From the IMG/VR virus record IMGVR_UViG_3300035670_000044, positions 32,001 to 96,000 of that record: a stretch of DNA of 64,000 bases. The stretch is one strand, 5' to 3'. How positions within the stretch are numbered: position 1 is the first letter of the stretch; each line of letters starts with the position of its first letter. The position numbers and the translations under genes are program-made. This DNA comes from a virus. The notes under the pieces were generated by a model. That model searched no databases. It had not been told where the DNA came from and was given only the letters and a program-made list of their open reading frames with translations. Positions 8,304-17,402 of this stretch are shown here, in pieces.

Positions 8304-8687
8304 ATGGAAATTCGTTTGTATCGGGCGTTGCGGGAGAACCCTGGTCCCCCCGTTCAACCCCCGGACTCTGACAAGTACGGAAATCCTACTGTGATCACGG
8401 TTTGCCTAGAACGCTCTACTGATCCGGATTCCAACAATCACACTGGATACGATTACTGGGGGGCATACGGAGAATCTAGCGAAAATTTAGACGACTGGGA
8501 GCTCAAAAATTCCGACGTTCTGTCACCCATAGAGTACTCCGAGCTCCCTGACCCTGTCACATTTTATCCCCCTCAGTTCAGTGATGCTACAGTTCTGGTT
8601 AGAGCACGAGATGAAAGTGGAAGGTTTATCCCAGATGACCCTACCACCACAGACGTGAACGAAGCCTGGACCAAAGTGGTCCTGTAA
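8304..8687 (+). CDS. Hypothetical virion-associated protein
   Basis: Start reassigned to ATG 8304, downstream of the motif; C-terminal RARDESGRFIPDDPTTTDVNEAW. Confidence 0.65.
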   Translation: MEIRLYRALRENPGPPVQPPDSDKYGNPTVITVCLERSTDPDSNNHTGYDYWGAYGESSENLDDWELKNSDVLSPIEYSELPDPVTFYPPQFSDATVLVRARDESGRFIPDDPTTTDVNEAWTKVVL

Positions 8688-8714
8688 CAGGATATACTAA
8701 CTCACCCGCACACT

Positions 8715-10235
8715 ATGTCTGCTATGTCTCCGCTACTTCGAGTCAAGGAACGTATTATCGGTCCCAGGGGTTTGTGGGATATCGATAACTCGTGGTACGG
8801 GTACATCGACGAGTTCAGGTATACGATTGGGCTTCCAGGACTCACCGGTTTCGGTGTTGGTTGTTGCCCACCTGATCTGTTGCCGGAGGACATGGCTACC
8901 ATGTCCGGGACCTACGACCGGTTCAGCCCGAATTATGGGAACTACGTGCATGTCCCCAGCGCCAGCATTGTTTGTTTCATACCCTCCCACCAGATTGACC
9001 TTCAGGCCCCCGGATCCGGGAACGGTGCCTTTCTCACCCGGGTGGTGATCAGCAGCACCCAGTCCGGCAACTCGGTACTCGCTAAGACTTTCCGGAATGG
9101 CGGAGGCAGTCTGGCTGGTGTGTTCGTAGACAAATACCAGGGGTCGAACTGCAGGCCGGATGGTTCCGGACGTCCTAATAGTACGGATGGCCTCCCGGGG
9201 ACCCTGCCTTCTACCGGAGGGATTTTCGCCTCGCGCCCCCTTCACTGGCCGGTGAGTGCGATAGGATTGAGCGGTACACTTCGGAGTCCATTTAGCAGAT
9301 GCAATAGCACCGCTTTGAATGGTGCGGCGACTACGCCAGCAGATAGTTACGGTGGGGTCTGGGCCTTATGCAAATCCCGTGGTGCCGATTGGTATCCCAT
9401 CCCGATCTGGACCCGCATCCACCTCGGTTATCTGTCCCTGGCTCACGCTCAAGCCTTATTGACAACTGGAGGTGTCCCGGTTACCGGCGCAACATCCAAC
9501 TCAGCGTGGATGGATATGGCTCCATACGCCCCCAAAGGTAACAACAACATCGGAGCGGATGTTAACAAAACCAGCTTGGTGTTTTCCCGCACCGACGTTG
9601 GTGGGGCTAACGTGGTCAGCGGATTTTCCGGCGAATCAGCCCGGGCGTTTACCGGCGCAGCCAGGATCGGCACCATGTCTGCCATTGAGCAGACTACCCA
9701 CAACGGACAACTGTGCGGTATTGTTGATGTTAATGGTAATCAATGGGATGTCACCCCCGGACTTACAAATAACACCGGTACGAATTCTGGGTATAAGGCT
9801 TTCAGCGATCTAGACGATTACACTGCTGTATCGAGCAATTCTGGTATTACGGGAGCGGCAAACGTAATCTCGTTGGCGGTTAACTCCTCTGATAATGGGG
9901 TGTGGTGGACTGAGGCTAATGCGTATACGTACCTTGTGCCCAATGCCGGTGGTACGTATCACCCATCTTCAACCTGGGCGGCCAACGCCACCCGCAAGGC
10001 CATGGCCGAGCTCGGCTTACCCCGTGAAGCCGGCACCAGCCTCACTCAGACATCCACCAATATATTAGGTGGAGACGGTCTGTTCCGGGCCCACACTAAT
10101 AACTTGCTCCCTGTCTGCGGTGGGACCTGGAGCGACGGGTCCACTGCTGGACCTCTTTCGGTCGGCCTCAATCCCTCGGAGGCGAGCACAGGCCAGTTTG
10201 TGGGGGTTAGGGGTGTTCGCTTCCTCCCCTCCTAG
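8715..10235 (+). CDS. Receptor-binding protein with a C-type-lectin (Mtd/FGE-like) C-terminal domain
   Basis: GVFVDKYQ, HNGQLCGIVDVNGNQWD and terminal GGTWSDGSTAG...VGVRGV motifs. Confidence 0.7.
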   Translation: MSAMSPLLRVKERIIGPRGLWDIDNSWYGYIDEFRYTIGLPGLTGFGVGCCPPDLLPEDMATMSGTYDRFSPNYGNYVHVPSASIVCFIPSHQIDLQAPGSGNGAFLTRVVISSTQSGNSVLAKTFRNGGGSLAGVFVDKYQGSNCRPDGSGRPNSTDGLPGTLPSTGGIFASRPLHWPVSAIGLSGTLRSPFSRCNSTALNGAATTPADSYGGVWALCKSRGADWYPIPIWTRIHLGYLSLAHAQALLTTGGVPVTGATSNSAWMDMAPYAPKGNNNIGADVNKTSLVFSRTDVGGANVVSGFSGESARAFTGAARIGTMSAIEQTTHNGQLCGIVDVNGNQWDVTPGLTNNTGTNSGYKAFSDLDDYTAVSSNSGITGAANVISLAVNSSDNGVWWTEANAYTYLVPNAGGTYHPSSTWAANATRKAMAELGLPREAGTSLTQTSTNILGGDGLFRAHTNNLLPVCGGTWSDGSTAGPLSVGLNPSEASTGQFVGVRGVRFLPS

Positions 10236-10243
10236 TTGAAAGC
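10235..10243 (+). promoter_or_regulatory. GTTGAAAGC putative late promoter
   Basis: Overlaps the TAG of the upstream gene; 32 nt before ATG 10267. Confidence 0.7.
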
Positions 10244-10266
10244 ACAGCAGAGTACAATCAAATCGG

Positions 10267-10461
10267 ATGTCTAATGCCAACCACTCCTTTAGCAAAGACC
10301 AAATCTCCGCATGGCAGCAATGGGCCAGAAGACAACAACCAAGTGGAGATGGACAACCCCGGGTATCAGGAGGAGAAGGTGGAGCTGGCAGCGGACTGCG
10401 AGAAGTCCCCTACCCTAGAATCCGAGCAACCGGATGCAATAGTTGCCGTCGATTCCGGTGA
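10267..10461 (+). CDS. Small basic protein with a C-terminal CxxC
   Basis: First ATG after the motif; ends GCNSCRRFR; overlaps 10274-10573 in another frame. Confidence 0.45.
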   Translation: MSNANHSFSKDQISAWQQWARRQQPSGDGQPRVSGGEGGAGSGLREVPYPRIRATGCNSCRRFR

Positions 10462-10573
10462 TACAGTAGTCTCGGCCATGTCCGAGTCCGACCGCAAGCT
10501 CGCAACCAAAATGACCAGGGCCATTTCGGACCACCTGGGCCTCAGTGGCCGGTCCCGTTCGGTGAAAATGTAA
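10274..10573 (+). CDS. Small acidic hypothetical protein
   Basis: 99 aa; fills the gap up to ATG 10582. Confidence 0.5.
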   Translation: MPTTPLAKTKSPHGSNGPEDNNQVEMDNPGYQEEKVELAADCEKSPTLESEQPDAIVAVDSGDTVVSAMSESDRKLATKMTRAISDHLGLSGRSRSVKM

Positions 10574-10581
10574 TACTAGCC

Positions 10582-10941
10582 ATGTTTAACACAGAACACG
10601 AAAGGGACGTACTAGCGCAGTCTTTGAAGAATTCCGGGGACATCGATGTCGTAATTGAGTCCCTGTACCACGTGGCCCAAAATCACACCCCGTTCGCTCT
10701 CTATATCGCTACAGCAGATCGCTCCAACTGCATGTGGATCTTCGATTCTGATACAGTGTGTGAGATGTTGGGTGGGGAGGATATCCACGACAAAACATTC
10801 CGGAGCGTGTTCGTTAATGATGCCGAGCGCAAGCAAGGTATTCTGTTTTACGTATTACGCAAAATAGGTCCGATCGTTACGATCCGGTTGAGCGAAGATA
10901 CTATCAGATCCATCATACATGCTCTTGAGACTACCAACTAG
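10582..10941 (+). CDS. Hypothetical protein
   Basis: 119-aa globular-looking ORF; convergent stop overlap with the next gene. Confidence 0.7.
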   Translation: MFNTEHERDVLAQSLKNSGDIDVVIESLYHVAQNHTPFALYIATADRSNCMWIFDSDTVCEMLGGEDIHDKTFRSVFVNDAERKQGILFYVLRKIGPIVTIRLSEDTIRSIIHALETTN

Positions 10942-11846
10942 AGTGGTATATATTTGACCCAGACAGTGACTGCTATCGGGACTCCTGATTTATTCACAGC
11001 TCTTACGTACATTTTGCCGTCAACGCTAAGCCCACACACCAAAGGTAATGTTTTGAGCACTAGGTCCCCAACGCTTGTGACTACGTCAATTACCACACCG
11101 CCATTCCTTACGGCAGGATCTCCTTCATCCCTTTGCTCACCACCTCTTGAAACCGAGTCGGTGTAGATTGTGACCCAGGCCGGTACGTCAGTCCTGACAG
11201 ACGTAATCGCGTAATACCTGGTCGCCTCGAGATTAACAGTACCGGCATCAAGAGCGGCTAAAACTGTCGTTGATCCCGATACTTCAATCTCCTCAGTGAC
11301 TACTTGAACTTGGGACAGAGTGGCCTCTACAGACGTAACTCGATCTGATATATTTTGTACACCTGACTCAATACTTCCGACCGAGGAGTCAATGTTATTT
11401 ACCCTTGAGGTTAAATTCCCAACCCCCAAGTCAGTGCTATCAATCAGCTCAGTGAGCTGTGTACGGTAGGTTTCGACATCGGTCTCCAGTGATTCAAACG
11501 CCCCCTCGAGATTCGTTAGCGATGTCGCTACCGAGTCGGATAGGGCCCCTTGGGCCGACGCCACGGCAGTAGCAAACGCCTTCAGGTCTCGGGTCTTCGC
11601 GTAAGTTCGATCAGCAGTGCGGACATTCAATAGGCCAGTTTCGGTGATGGGGTCGATACATTCTGCTAAGGAACTCCCCAACCGCAAGCCGCTTTTTACC
11701 CCGCGACCGTCTTCAACAAATAGGGTTGTGGCGTCCACAAACCCATCCTGAGCCAACACCTCCCCCGTACTCGACAGCTCCTGACGAGCAATGTTAAGCA
11801 AACCGCCAGCATAGTCCTCGATAAACCTTGTTCGTAGATCGGCCAC
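10938..11846 (-). CDS. Putative virion protein with a central coiled coil
   Basis: Heptad stretch LTSRVNNIDSSVGSIESGVQNISDRVTSVE; preceded by the motif. Confidence 0.65.
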   Translation of the reverse strand: MADLRTRFIEDYAGGLLNIARQELSSTGEVLAQDGFVDATTLFVEDGRGVKSGLRLGSSLAECIDPITETGLLNVRTADRTYAKTRDLKAFATAVASAQGALSDSVATSLTNLEGAFESLETDVETYRTQLTELIDSTDLGVGNLTSRVNNIDSSVGSIESGVQNISDRVTSVEATLSQVQVVTEEIEVSGSTTVLAALDAGTVNLEATRYYAITSVRTDVPAWVTIYTDSVSRGGEQRDEGDPAVRNGGVVIDVVTSVGDLVLKTLPLVCGLSVDGKMYVRAVNKSGVPIAVTVWVKYIPL

Positions 11847-11864
11847 AAACTCCCCGTAGCTAAA

Positions 11865-12641
11865 TTACCTGTCTATTTGGCTTTCAACAAAAAAACCGTA
11901 GAGTTGCGGAGGCACAATATCGTAGGGAGGGTTGTTGTCCCATTTCACGACCCAGTTATTGGTCAACAATACCCGGATCTTACTAGCAATCCTCCGATTC
12001 GACCACACTATCTCGTTACCACGTAGATCTAAAACCGTACTGTGTTGTTTTCGGAAAGCCCCTATGCCACGGACATTAGCGCTTGCACAAACTGTCGGGG
12101 TAAAGTCTCTCAACAACTGTTCCATGACCGACTCTGTCATCCTGCAATCTTTGGCAACTAATTCTTGGATGTTTCGGTTAATCCCTAAAGCTACATACTC
12201 CAGCGATACACATCCGCTAATGTCAAGCCTTGACAGTTTTGGGGTTTCGTGAATGTACAGGTGCACGAGATCTTTATTCCCTTCGAGGTTTAACTCAATC
12301 AGTTCCGGCCTGGGAGTGTTGATATTAACATACACAAGCCTGTTTCGCTGGAGATTTAGCTTTAAAATCTTGGGGTCGATGATGAGATTCCTCTCGGGAT
12401 CAATCCAATGGTCGTCCCAAGTAGTCAGGGATTGGTTGGTTAATTTGAACTCGGATATGGGATTTAGCCCCAGACCGTTTTTCTCAATAACTACCTCTAG
12501 CGAGTCGGTCAACTGTTTCCGAACCGACGCACGGTAAATGTCTACCCCTACAGCATGATTAAAGTAACGCTGCTCCGGTCCAAACTCCAGCACAGGGTGG
12601 TTCTCAACATACTTGCAATACCCGTGCAACGTGCTGCTCAT
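11865..12641 (-). CDS. Leucine-rich-repeat protein
   Basis: ILKLNLQRNRL, LIELNLEGNKDL, LSRLDISGCVSL, VLDLRGN repeats; ATG 12641 is coupled (ATGA) to the upstream stop. Confidence 0.7.
   Translation of the reverse strand: MSSTLHGYCKYVENHPVLEFGPEQRYFNHAVGVDIYRASVRKQLTDSLEVVIEKNGLGLNPISEFKLTNQSLTTWDDHWIDPERNLIIDPKILKLNLQRNRLVYVNINTPRPELIELNLEGNKDLVHLYIHETPKLSRLDISGCVSLEYVALGINRNIQELVAKDCRMTESVMEQLLRDFTPTVCASANVRGIGAFRKQHSTVLDLRGNEIVWSNRRIASKIRVLLTNNWVVKWDNNPPYDIVPPQLYGFFVESQIDR
11880..11888 (-). promoter_or_regulatory. GTTGAAAGC-N4-TAGA putative late promoter
   Basis: Within the 3' end of the upstream gene; 42 nt before GTG 11846. Confidence 0.75.
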
Positions 12642-15600
12642 TGCTTTAACCTCCCACCATGTAATGTACTGGGGCAAAACGCAAATGAGTACTTGCCTTC
12701 ATAGGGAGGATCAAACTTTTTACACTTTAGCATCGAAATACAAGCACTGTACTGGTAGGGGTCTTTAAGGCTTGCGCACAGCATTTCACTGCTCTTTAAA
12801 ACCCCGGTTCGCGATAATTTACTCAGTCCGTCAGAGCTAAAGACTATCTGCGGGTGAGCATCAGGGACTGAATTATAAGAGATTCTTTGCCCGAGTTGAG
12901 ACCCGAGCGGACGATCGATTGGGACATTTGTGACTACTGTCGCACCAGATGTCCCGTACCCCATCTCTGGAAACAGAGCTTTGCTGAAGTTGTTTTGACA
13001 CAACTGATCAGGGTCGTACCCTAGATCGCTACACCCTGTCCCACCAAACTTCCGACATGATGCTACTGGATTAAATGCCGGTATGCTAGACAATGGGTCA
13101 GGGGTTCCCGTACTCTCCGAAGTGTCCTGATACGAGACATTGTAATCTCTAACCGGATTGATAATGGAATCGGTGGGGAATTCAGACATCATCGATCCCG
13201 CGACATTTACTCCACTAGCCAACAAATTAGATACTGCAATGCGAATGTAACTTCCAGAGTCTGTAGAATTTTTGGCTGACTTGGTAAAAACTCCCAAGTT
13301 TGTACCGGCCTTTGAAATAGTGGACGCTTCCTCGGGGGTTAATGAATTACTGACCCGCACACTGTTCGGAATTCTGGAGTTGCCGATACCCGGTGATTCG
13401 GCAATGGGTGAAGATCCTACACCAGAAGTTTCACCTTTTACCAGGCTGGTAAAAGCAGTAAACTCTTTGTTCTGTGCTTGGACAATAGGTTCGGAGTATA
13501 TTGTCGGGGGTGATTCAGTGCTTCCTAATTCACCCAAAATAATGCTGGCGATCCTCAATCTCTCTGATAAAGTTTCTAAGGTATCCAACATCTCCATAAT
13601 CAAAGTGTACTGATCCGCAGATTCATTTACAAGTTGACCGGAGTTTCTGTATCCGGACAGTGTGTAGAGTAACCCGAACAGGTTGCAGTATCGAATCAGC
13701 GAGGTCATTTGCCCTCCTCTTACGCCGTCCAGGATCTTTCCGAGGGGGGACGTGGCGCTAGGCCCTCCCAGGGCTGCGTACAGTTCGGTGGGGGTGATGC
13801 CTTCGGTTTTCTCGTACAAACCTGAAACTCCTTCACCAACATTCCCTGCCGACTTCTCAATAAGATCGTTCCATAGGGGTTTTTGACTCTCGTATCCGGA
13901 GTTGTCCGAGGTAACCATCTGCGCAACCATTCCGGACAACAAAGACACCGAGTCACGGTCTTTGATAACTGTCGGCAATCCTCTTTCAACCAACTGCGTA
14001 ATTGACTGAAACAGGTCGAGATTGTTGCTCTTAAGGATCGCGTCGAAGTTTGTAAGCTGGTTGGGGTCGACTGCGTAGGTTAGGGTAACCACGTACCCTA
14101 TCAGGCGGGAAAATTCGCTGCCACGAACCCGGGACGCCAAAGACCTGTTCTTATTGAGAATCTCTAGCAACCTTAATACGGCAGTATCAGGATTTACTCC
14201 GTATAGAAAGTCTGTGTATTGGTCGATTGCCTCTTGTCCTCCAAACTCGTACAGGAGCTTAGTTAGATCATATGCCCGAAAGAAACTGATGACGTCTTGA
14301 GAGTCCGTCATCGGAGCAAAACGAGAAACCAGATCTGTCATCGATTCGATGGACATGATTTCCTGAACCTCTGCGCCATTAAATCCGATGGATTTCAAAC
14401 GCTTAGTTATTAGATCTCGGTCCGGCTCGTACACGGTGAGAGCTAGGGATGGGACATAACCCCCAGGATTAAACCCAACTGACCGTAGGGTACCTGTCAG
14501 GGAACCTACCAACCCGGACATATCTTTTAATTTGTCCCCAATGTTGTGGAGTTTGGGCTCATACCCGAGCAAAGCGTAAAGAGACCGATTAGAGCTGAGT
14601 AGAGATCCGATGGCACCTGTAAACCCTGTACCCCGTTCCCTGACATCGGAGGATTGAGGGAACACTTTACCCAGAGCATCTAGATGTAAGGAAGTGTTTC
14701 CTATGTTAGCTGGGGGACGGTTTAGCAATGACCGGATAGAGTCGCCTACCCTAAGGCATAACAAATACACAGACTCAAGAGTCAAAGACACAAAGTCCGG
14801 TTTGTTTGACGAAAGAGTCGGAGAAATATACCGGTCCGTCAATCCGCTACCGTATTTAACCGCAACCGGATTTGATTTCACACTGGATTGATTACCCGAC
14901 CTTGTGGCGTAGATCGACTCGAGAAACTTCAGTCCAGGTATGGTAGTTTCGGTGACCTTGTGTTCGTAAATCTCTTCAAACTGTCCAAATTTTCCTCCCA
15001 CCAGACCTCCCGGCAACCTCTTACCATACGACATGGCCATCAAGTACTCATAGTACCTGGATTGATAGTCTACCGACCCAACTAGGGATCCCTGGTACCC
15101 CCCAAACTCCATCGAAAATTTGTATAATCTCTTGATATCAGCGTATACCTTGCCCCCTTCACCCGCAAAAGTCGCTGTCAACAACGATTCGTCTACTGGG
15201 GGCAACTCCCCATCTAGTTTTGAATCCGATGTAATCGCATTGATGTCAGGTGATGCTCCGGAGATAACATCTGCTCGGGATGTGACTTCCTGGTCAAACA
15301 CTTCTACAAAGCGAGTTCTGAGCCTGGAGCGATACGTGAATCCGGATTCGTCGGGAACTACCCTGTTACGCTTCAACAGTCGGGATTGGGTAGGAAGCAG
15401 CTCAACCTGTGTACCAGACAGTGCGTACTCAGGAATATTGGAAAGGTATTCCGAAACTCCTCCTTTAAGGAGACTGGAGATGTCAGAAAGTGCTTCGAAC
15501 AACAACTCCTCGTACTTTCTGTACACCCTGACAGTGTCTGGATCAATCAGACCCGACTCGTCAACTTCAACGTACAGGCTGTCAAAAACCAGCTTGAGAA

Positions 15601-15844
15601 GAGTTTGTGTCAGGTCTTTGTCAAAACCAAGAGTAAATACGCCAGACGCCAGTTCATCCCTTAGAGGGGCAAAGGTGTCTATTTCTCCTCTCTCTATTCT
15701 ACCAGTTATCGACAAGACTAAATCTACTGCTACCCTGTAGAAGAGTTTTTTGTCCTCTTCAACAGGAAAATAGCCATACGAGTCGAGACCCCGGGTGACA
15801 ATGATACCGACCCGTTCCCTTACTAGTTCGGTTACCTCGTTCAC
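12638..15844 (-). CDS. Large hypothetical protein (1068 aa) with a Cys-rich C-terminus
   Basis: Long ORF with the motif upstream; no family recognised. Confidence 0.8.
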   Translation of the reverse strand: MNEVTELVRERVGIIVTRGLDSYGYFPVEEDKKLFYRVAVDLVLSITGRIERGEIDTFAPLRDELASGVFTLGFDKDLTQTLLKLVFDSLYVEVDESGLIDPDTVRVYRKYEELLFEALSDISSLLKGGVSEYLSNIPEYALSGTQVELLPTQSRLLKRNRVVPDESGFTYRSRLRTRFVEVFDQEVTSRADVISGASPDINAITSDSKLDGELPPVDESLLTATFAGEGGKVYADIKRLYKFSMEFGGYQGSLVGSVDYQSRYYEYLMAMSYGKRLPGGLVGGKFGQFEEIYEHKVTETTIPGLKFLESIYATRSGNQSSVKSNPVAVKYGSGLTDRYISPTLSSNKPDFVSLTLESVYLLCLRVGDSIRSLLNRPPANIGNTSLHLDALGKVFPQSSDVRERGTGFTGAIGSLLSSNRSLYALLGYEPKLHNIGDKLKDMSGLVGSLTGTLRSVGFNPGGYVPSLALTVYEPDRDLITKRLKSIGFNGAEVQEIMSIESMTDLVSRFAPMTDSQDVISFFRAYDLTKLLYEFGGQEAIDQYTDFLYGVNPDTAVLRLLEILNKNRSLASRVRGSEFSRLIGYVVTLTYAVDPNQLTNFDAILKSNNLDLFQSITQLVERGLPTVIKDRDSVSLLSGMVAQMVTSDNSGYESQKPLWNDLIEKSAGNVGEGVSGLYEKTEGITPTELYAALGGPSATSPLGKILDGVRGGQMTSLIRYCNLFGLLYTLSGYRNSGQLVNESADQYTLIMEMLDTLETLSERLRIASIILGELGSTESPPTIYSEPIVQAQNKEFTAFTSLVKGETSGVGSSPIAESPGIGNSRIPNSVRVSNSLTPEEASTISKAGTNLGVFTKSAKNSTDSGSYIRIAVSNLLASGVNVAGSMMSEFPTDSIINPVRDYNVSYQDTSESTGTPDPLSSIPAFNPVASCRKFGGTGCSDLGYDPDQLCQNNFSKALFPEMGYGTSGATVVTNVPIDRPLGSQLGQRISYNSVPDAHPQIVFSSDGLSKLSRTGVLKSSEMLCASLKDPYQYSACISMLKCKKFDPPYEGKYSFAFCPSTLHGGRLKQ

Positions 15845-15853
15845 AGAATCTCG

Positions 15854-15862
15854 TGCTACAAT
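15854..15862 (+). promoter_or_regulatory. Host sigma70-type extended -10 (TGCTACAAT)
   Basis: TGn-TACAAT about 50 nt before ATG 15909. Confidence 0.45.
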
Positions 15863-15873
15863 ATCTCTAACTG

Positions 15874-15882
15874 GCTTTCAAC
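15874..15882 (-). promoter_or_regulatory. GTTGAAAGC-N4-TAGA putative late promoter
   Basis: 38 nt before GTG 15844; divergent variant GTTGAGAGC at 15893. Confidence 0.75.
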
Positions 15883-15908
15883 TAGGCAGAGGGTTGAGAG
15901 CTAATCAC

Positions 15909-16535
15909 ATGCCTGTAACCATGAGTAAACATTCCATTGCCTTGCTGTACACCGAACGCTCTGAGTCAGAGAAAGACCTGACGGTAATGATCGGTCACTT
16001 GAAGTCAGTATTATCTGAGATCGAAGGGGTCGATGTGACCGCTGAGGTCCTGACCCACGAACGACCTGTCCCTTATGAGGACTACCAGCACCTTGTGTTC
16101 TGTGGCTACGACCATGTAACCCTGGGACATATCCACCTCGCCATGGCGAGCACAGATCCAGGCAGTGTCCGGATCACAATGTATGACGAGCCTGGTGCTG
16201 CCATCGACAGAGAGCTCGGTGCTATTATGTTCAGAGCTATTGATTTGCGGCGAGCACCTGGAACATCAGCGACTCGCCTTGTATCCTCATGGTCTCACCG
16301 AGACATTGTATCCATGGCCCGCCAAGATGTGTTAAGATTGAGCAATGGAACAGACGGACCTAATCAACCGGCTGCTGGCCCTGTCGACTCTTCACCTCGA
16401 TCAGGAAGCTCTGGACGCAGTTCTAGAACACGAAAAGTGGAAGCTAAGGGAAACGCACAGACACGAAAAGGAGATGCGTCAGCTCGAGTTGAGGATGGGG
16501 GTGGCAGTAGCTCCGACACCGTCAGCCCAGAGTAA
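15909..16535 (+). CDS. Hypothetical protein
   Basis: Likely start ATG 15909 or 15921; the low-complexity tail overlaps the next ORF by 191 nt. Confidence 0.65.
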   Translation: MPVTMSKHSIALLYTERSESEKDLTVMIGHLKSVLSEIEGVDVTAEVLTHERPVPYEDYQHLVFCGYDHVTLGHIHLAMASTDPGSVRITMYDEPGAAIDRELGAIMFRAIDLRRAPGTSATRLVSSWSHRDIVSMARQDVLRLSNGTDGPNQPAAGPVDSSPRSGSSGRSSRTRKVEAKGNAQTRKGDASARVEDGGGSSSDTVSPE

Positions 16536-17220
16536 CGTTGATTCCGATTTTAACTCGGAAACTTCCCATAACCAGTGTGGCCCGGAGCACATAGGCTTGA
16601 TTGCCAAAACTAAAGTCGGGTTGGGCGCTTCCCTCCGGGCAAAAGAACTTCAGAATCCGGATAAACTGCCGGTTCAGTTGTTAGCACTTGCTATCACGAT
16701 TTCCTGGTGCGGAGAGCGTATGGGCAAGTGGCCAAGCGCTAAAGACACCAAGGTAGCTCTGGGTCTACGGAACGACCTGACCAAATCTGTTGAAGAGTTC
16801 GGACCGGTTAAGGTCATAAAAGCAGTAGACCTAGTTTCCGAGTCTTTGATTGTGTGGGATCCGAGGATTGTATCGGAGCAACTGGACAATATCCGTGTAG
16901 AGTCTGACCGAATCCGCAGCATGATGGTATCCGGATCCCCCCTATTTGCCGAATTTCGCAAGAATCACCCGCAAATAGATCCAGAACTATTCGATTCGTG
17001 TTATAATCAGAACAACGGCAATTTCACAGAAGCTGCCTTATACCTGTTGCGTCGGCAATTTAAAACCCTGCCCCCAAAGGAGCTCGAGCATATCGACGGT
17101 TGGGGTCAGCGCTGGCAGCAATATCTACCCTCATACCTACAGAAATGGCGAAGCGATTTAAAGAGCATGGAAAACAGGATGAGAACCGCGCAAAGGGCGT
17201 GGAAGGAGTCAATGTCCTAA
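16345..17220 (+). CDS. Hypothetical helical protein
   Basis: 291-aa ORF; no family recognised. Confidence 0.7.
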   Translation: MEQTDLINRLLALSTLHLDQEALDAVLEHEKWKLRETHRHEKEMRQLELRMGVAVAPTPSAQSNVDSDFNSETSHNQCGPEHIGLIAKTKVGLGASLRAKELQNPDKLPVQLLALAITISWCGERMGKWPSAKDTKVALGLRNDLTKSVEEFGPVKVIKAVDLVSESLIVWDPRIVSEQLDNIRVESDRIRSMMVSGSPLFAEFRKNHPQIDPELFDSCYNQNNGNFTEAALYLLRRQFKTLPPKELEHIDGWGQRWQQYLPSYLQKWRSDLKSMENRMRTAQRAWKESMS

Positions 17221-17390
17221 CCAACACGGAGTTTGGGGTGTACGTCGATGGTGCTGAAGAGACCATCGAGATGTACGAGAGGGGTGAGATGACCAGGGAG
17301 GATTTGTACAACACCATCTTGGACCTTGATGTAGTGTATAAGTCCAAGGCAGGTCAGGGAGTTGAAAGCAAGGAAGAAGAGCGAATGTAA
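17199..17390 (+). CDS. Small acidic hypothetical protein (start uncertain)
   Basis: C-terminal part of track ORF 17100-17390; fills the gap before the portal gene. Confidence 0.4.
   Translation: MEGVNVLTNTEFGVYVDGAEETIEMYERGEMTREDLYNTILDLDVVYKSKAGQGVESKEEERM
17361..17369 (+). promoter_or_regulatory. GTTGAAAGC putative late promoter of the portal gene
   Basis: 42 nt before ATG 17403. Confidence 0.7.
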
Positions 17391-17402
17391 CCGTCCATCC
17401 CC

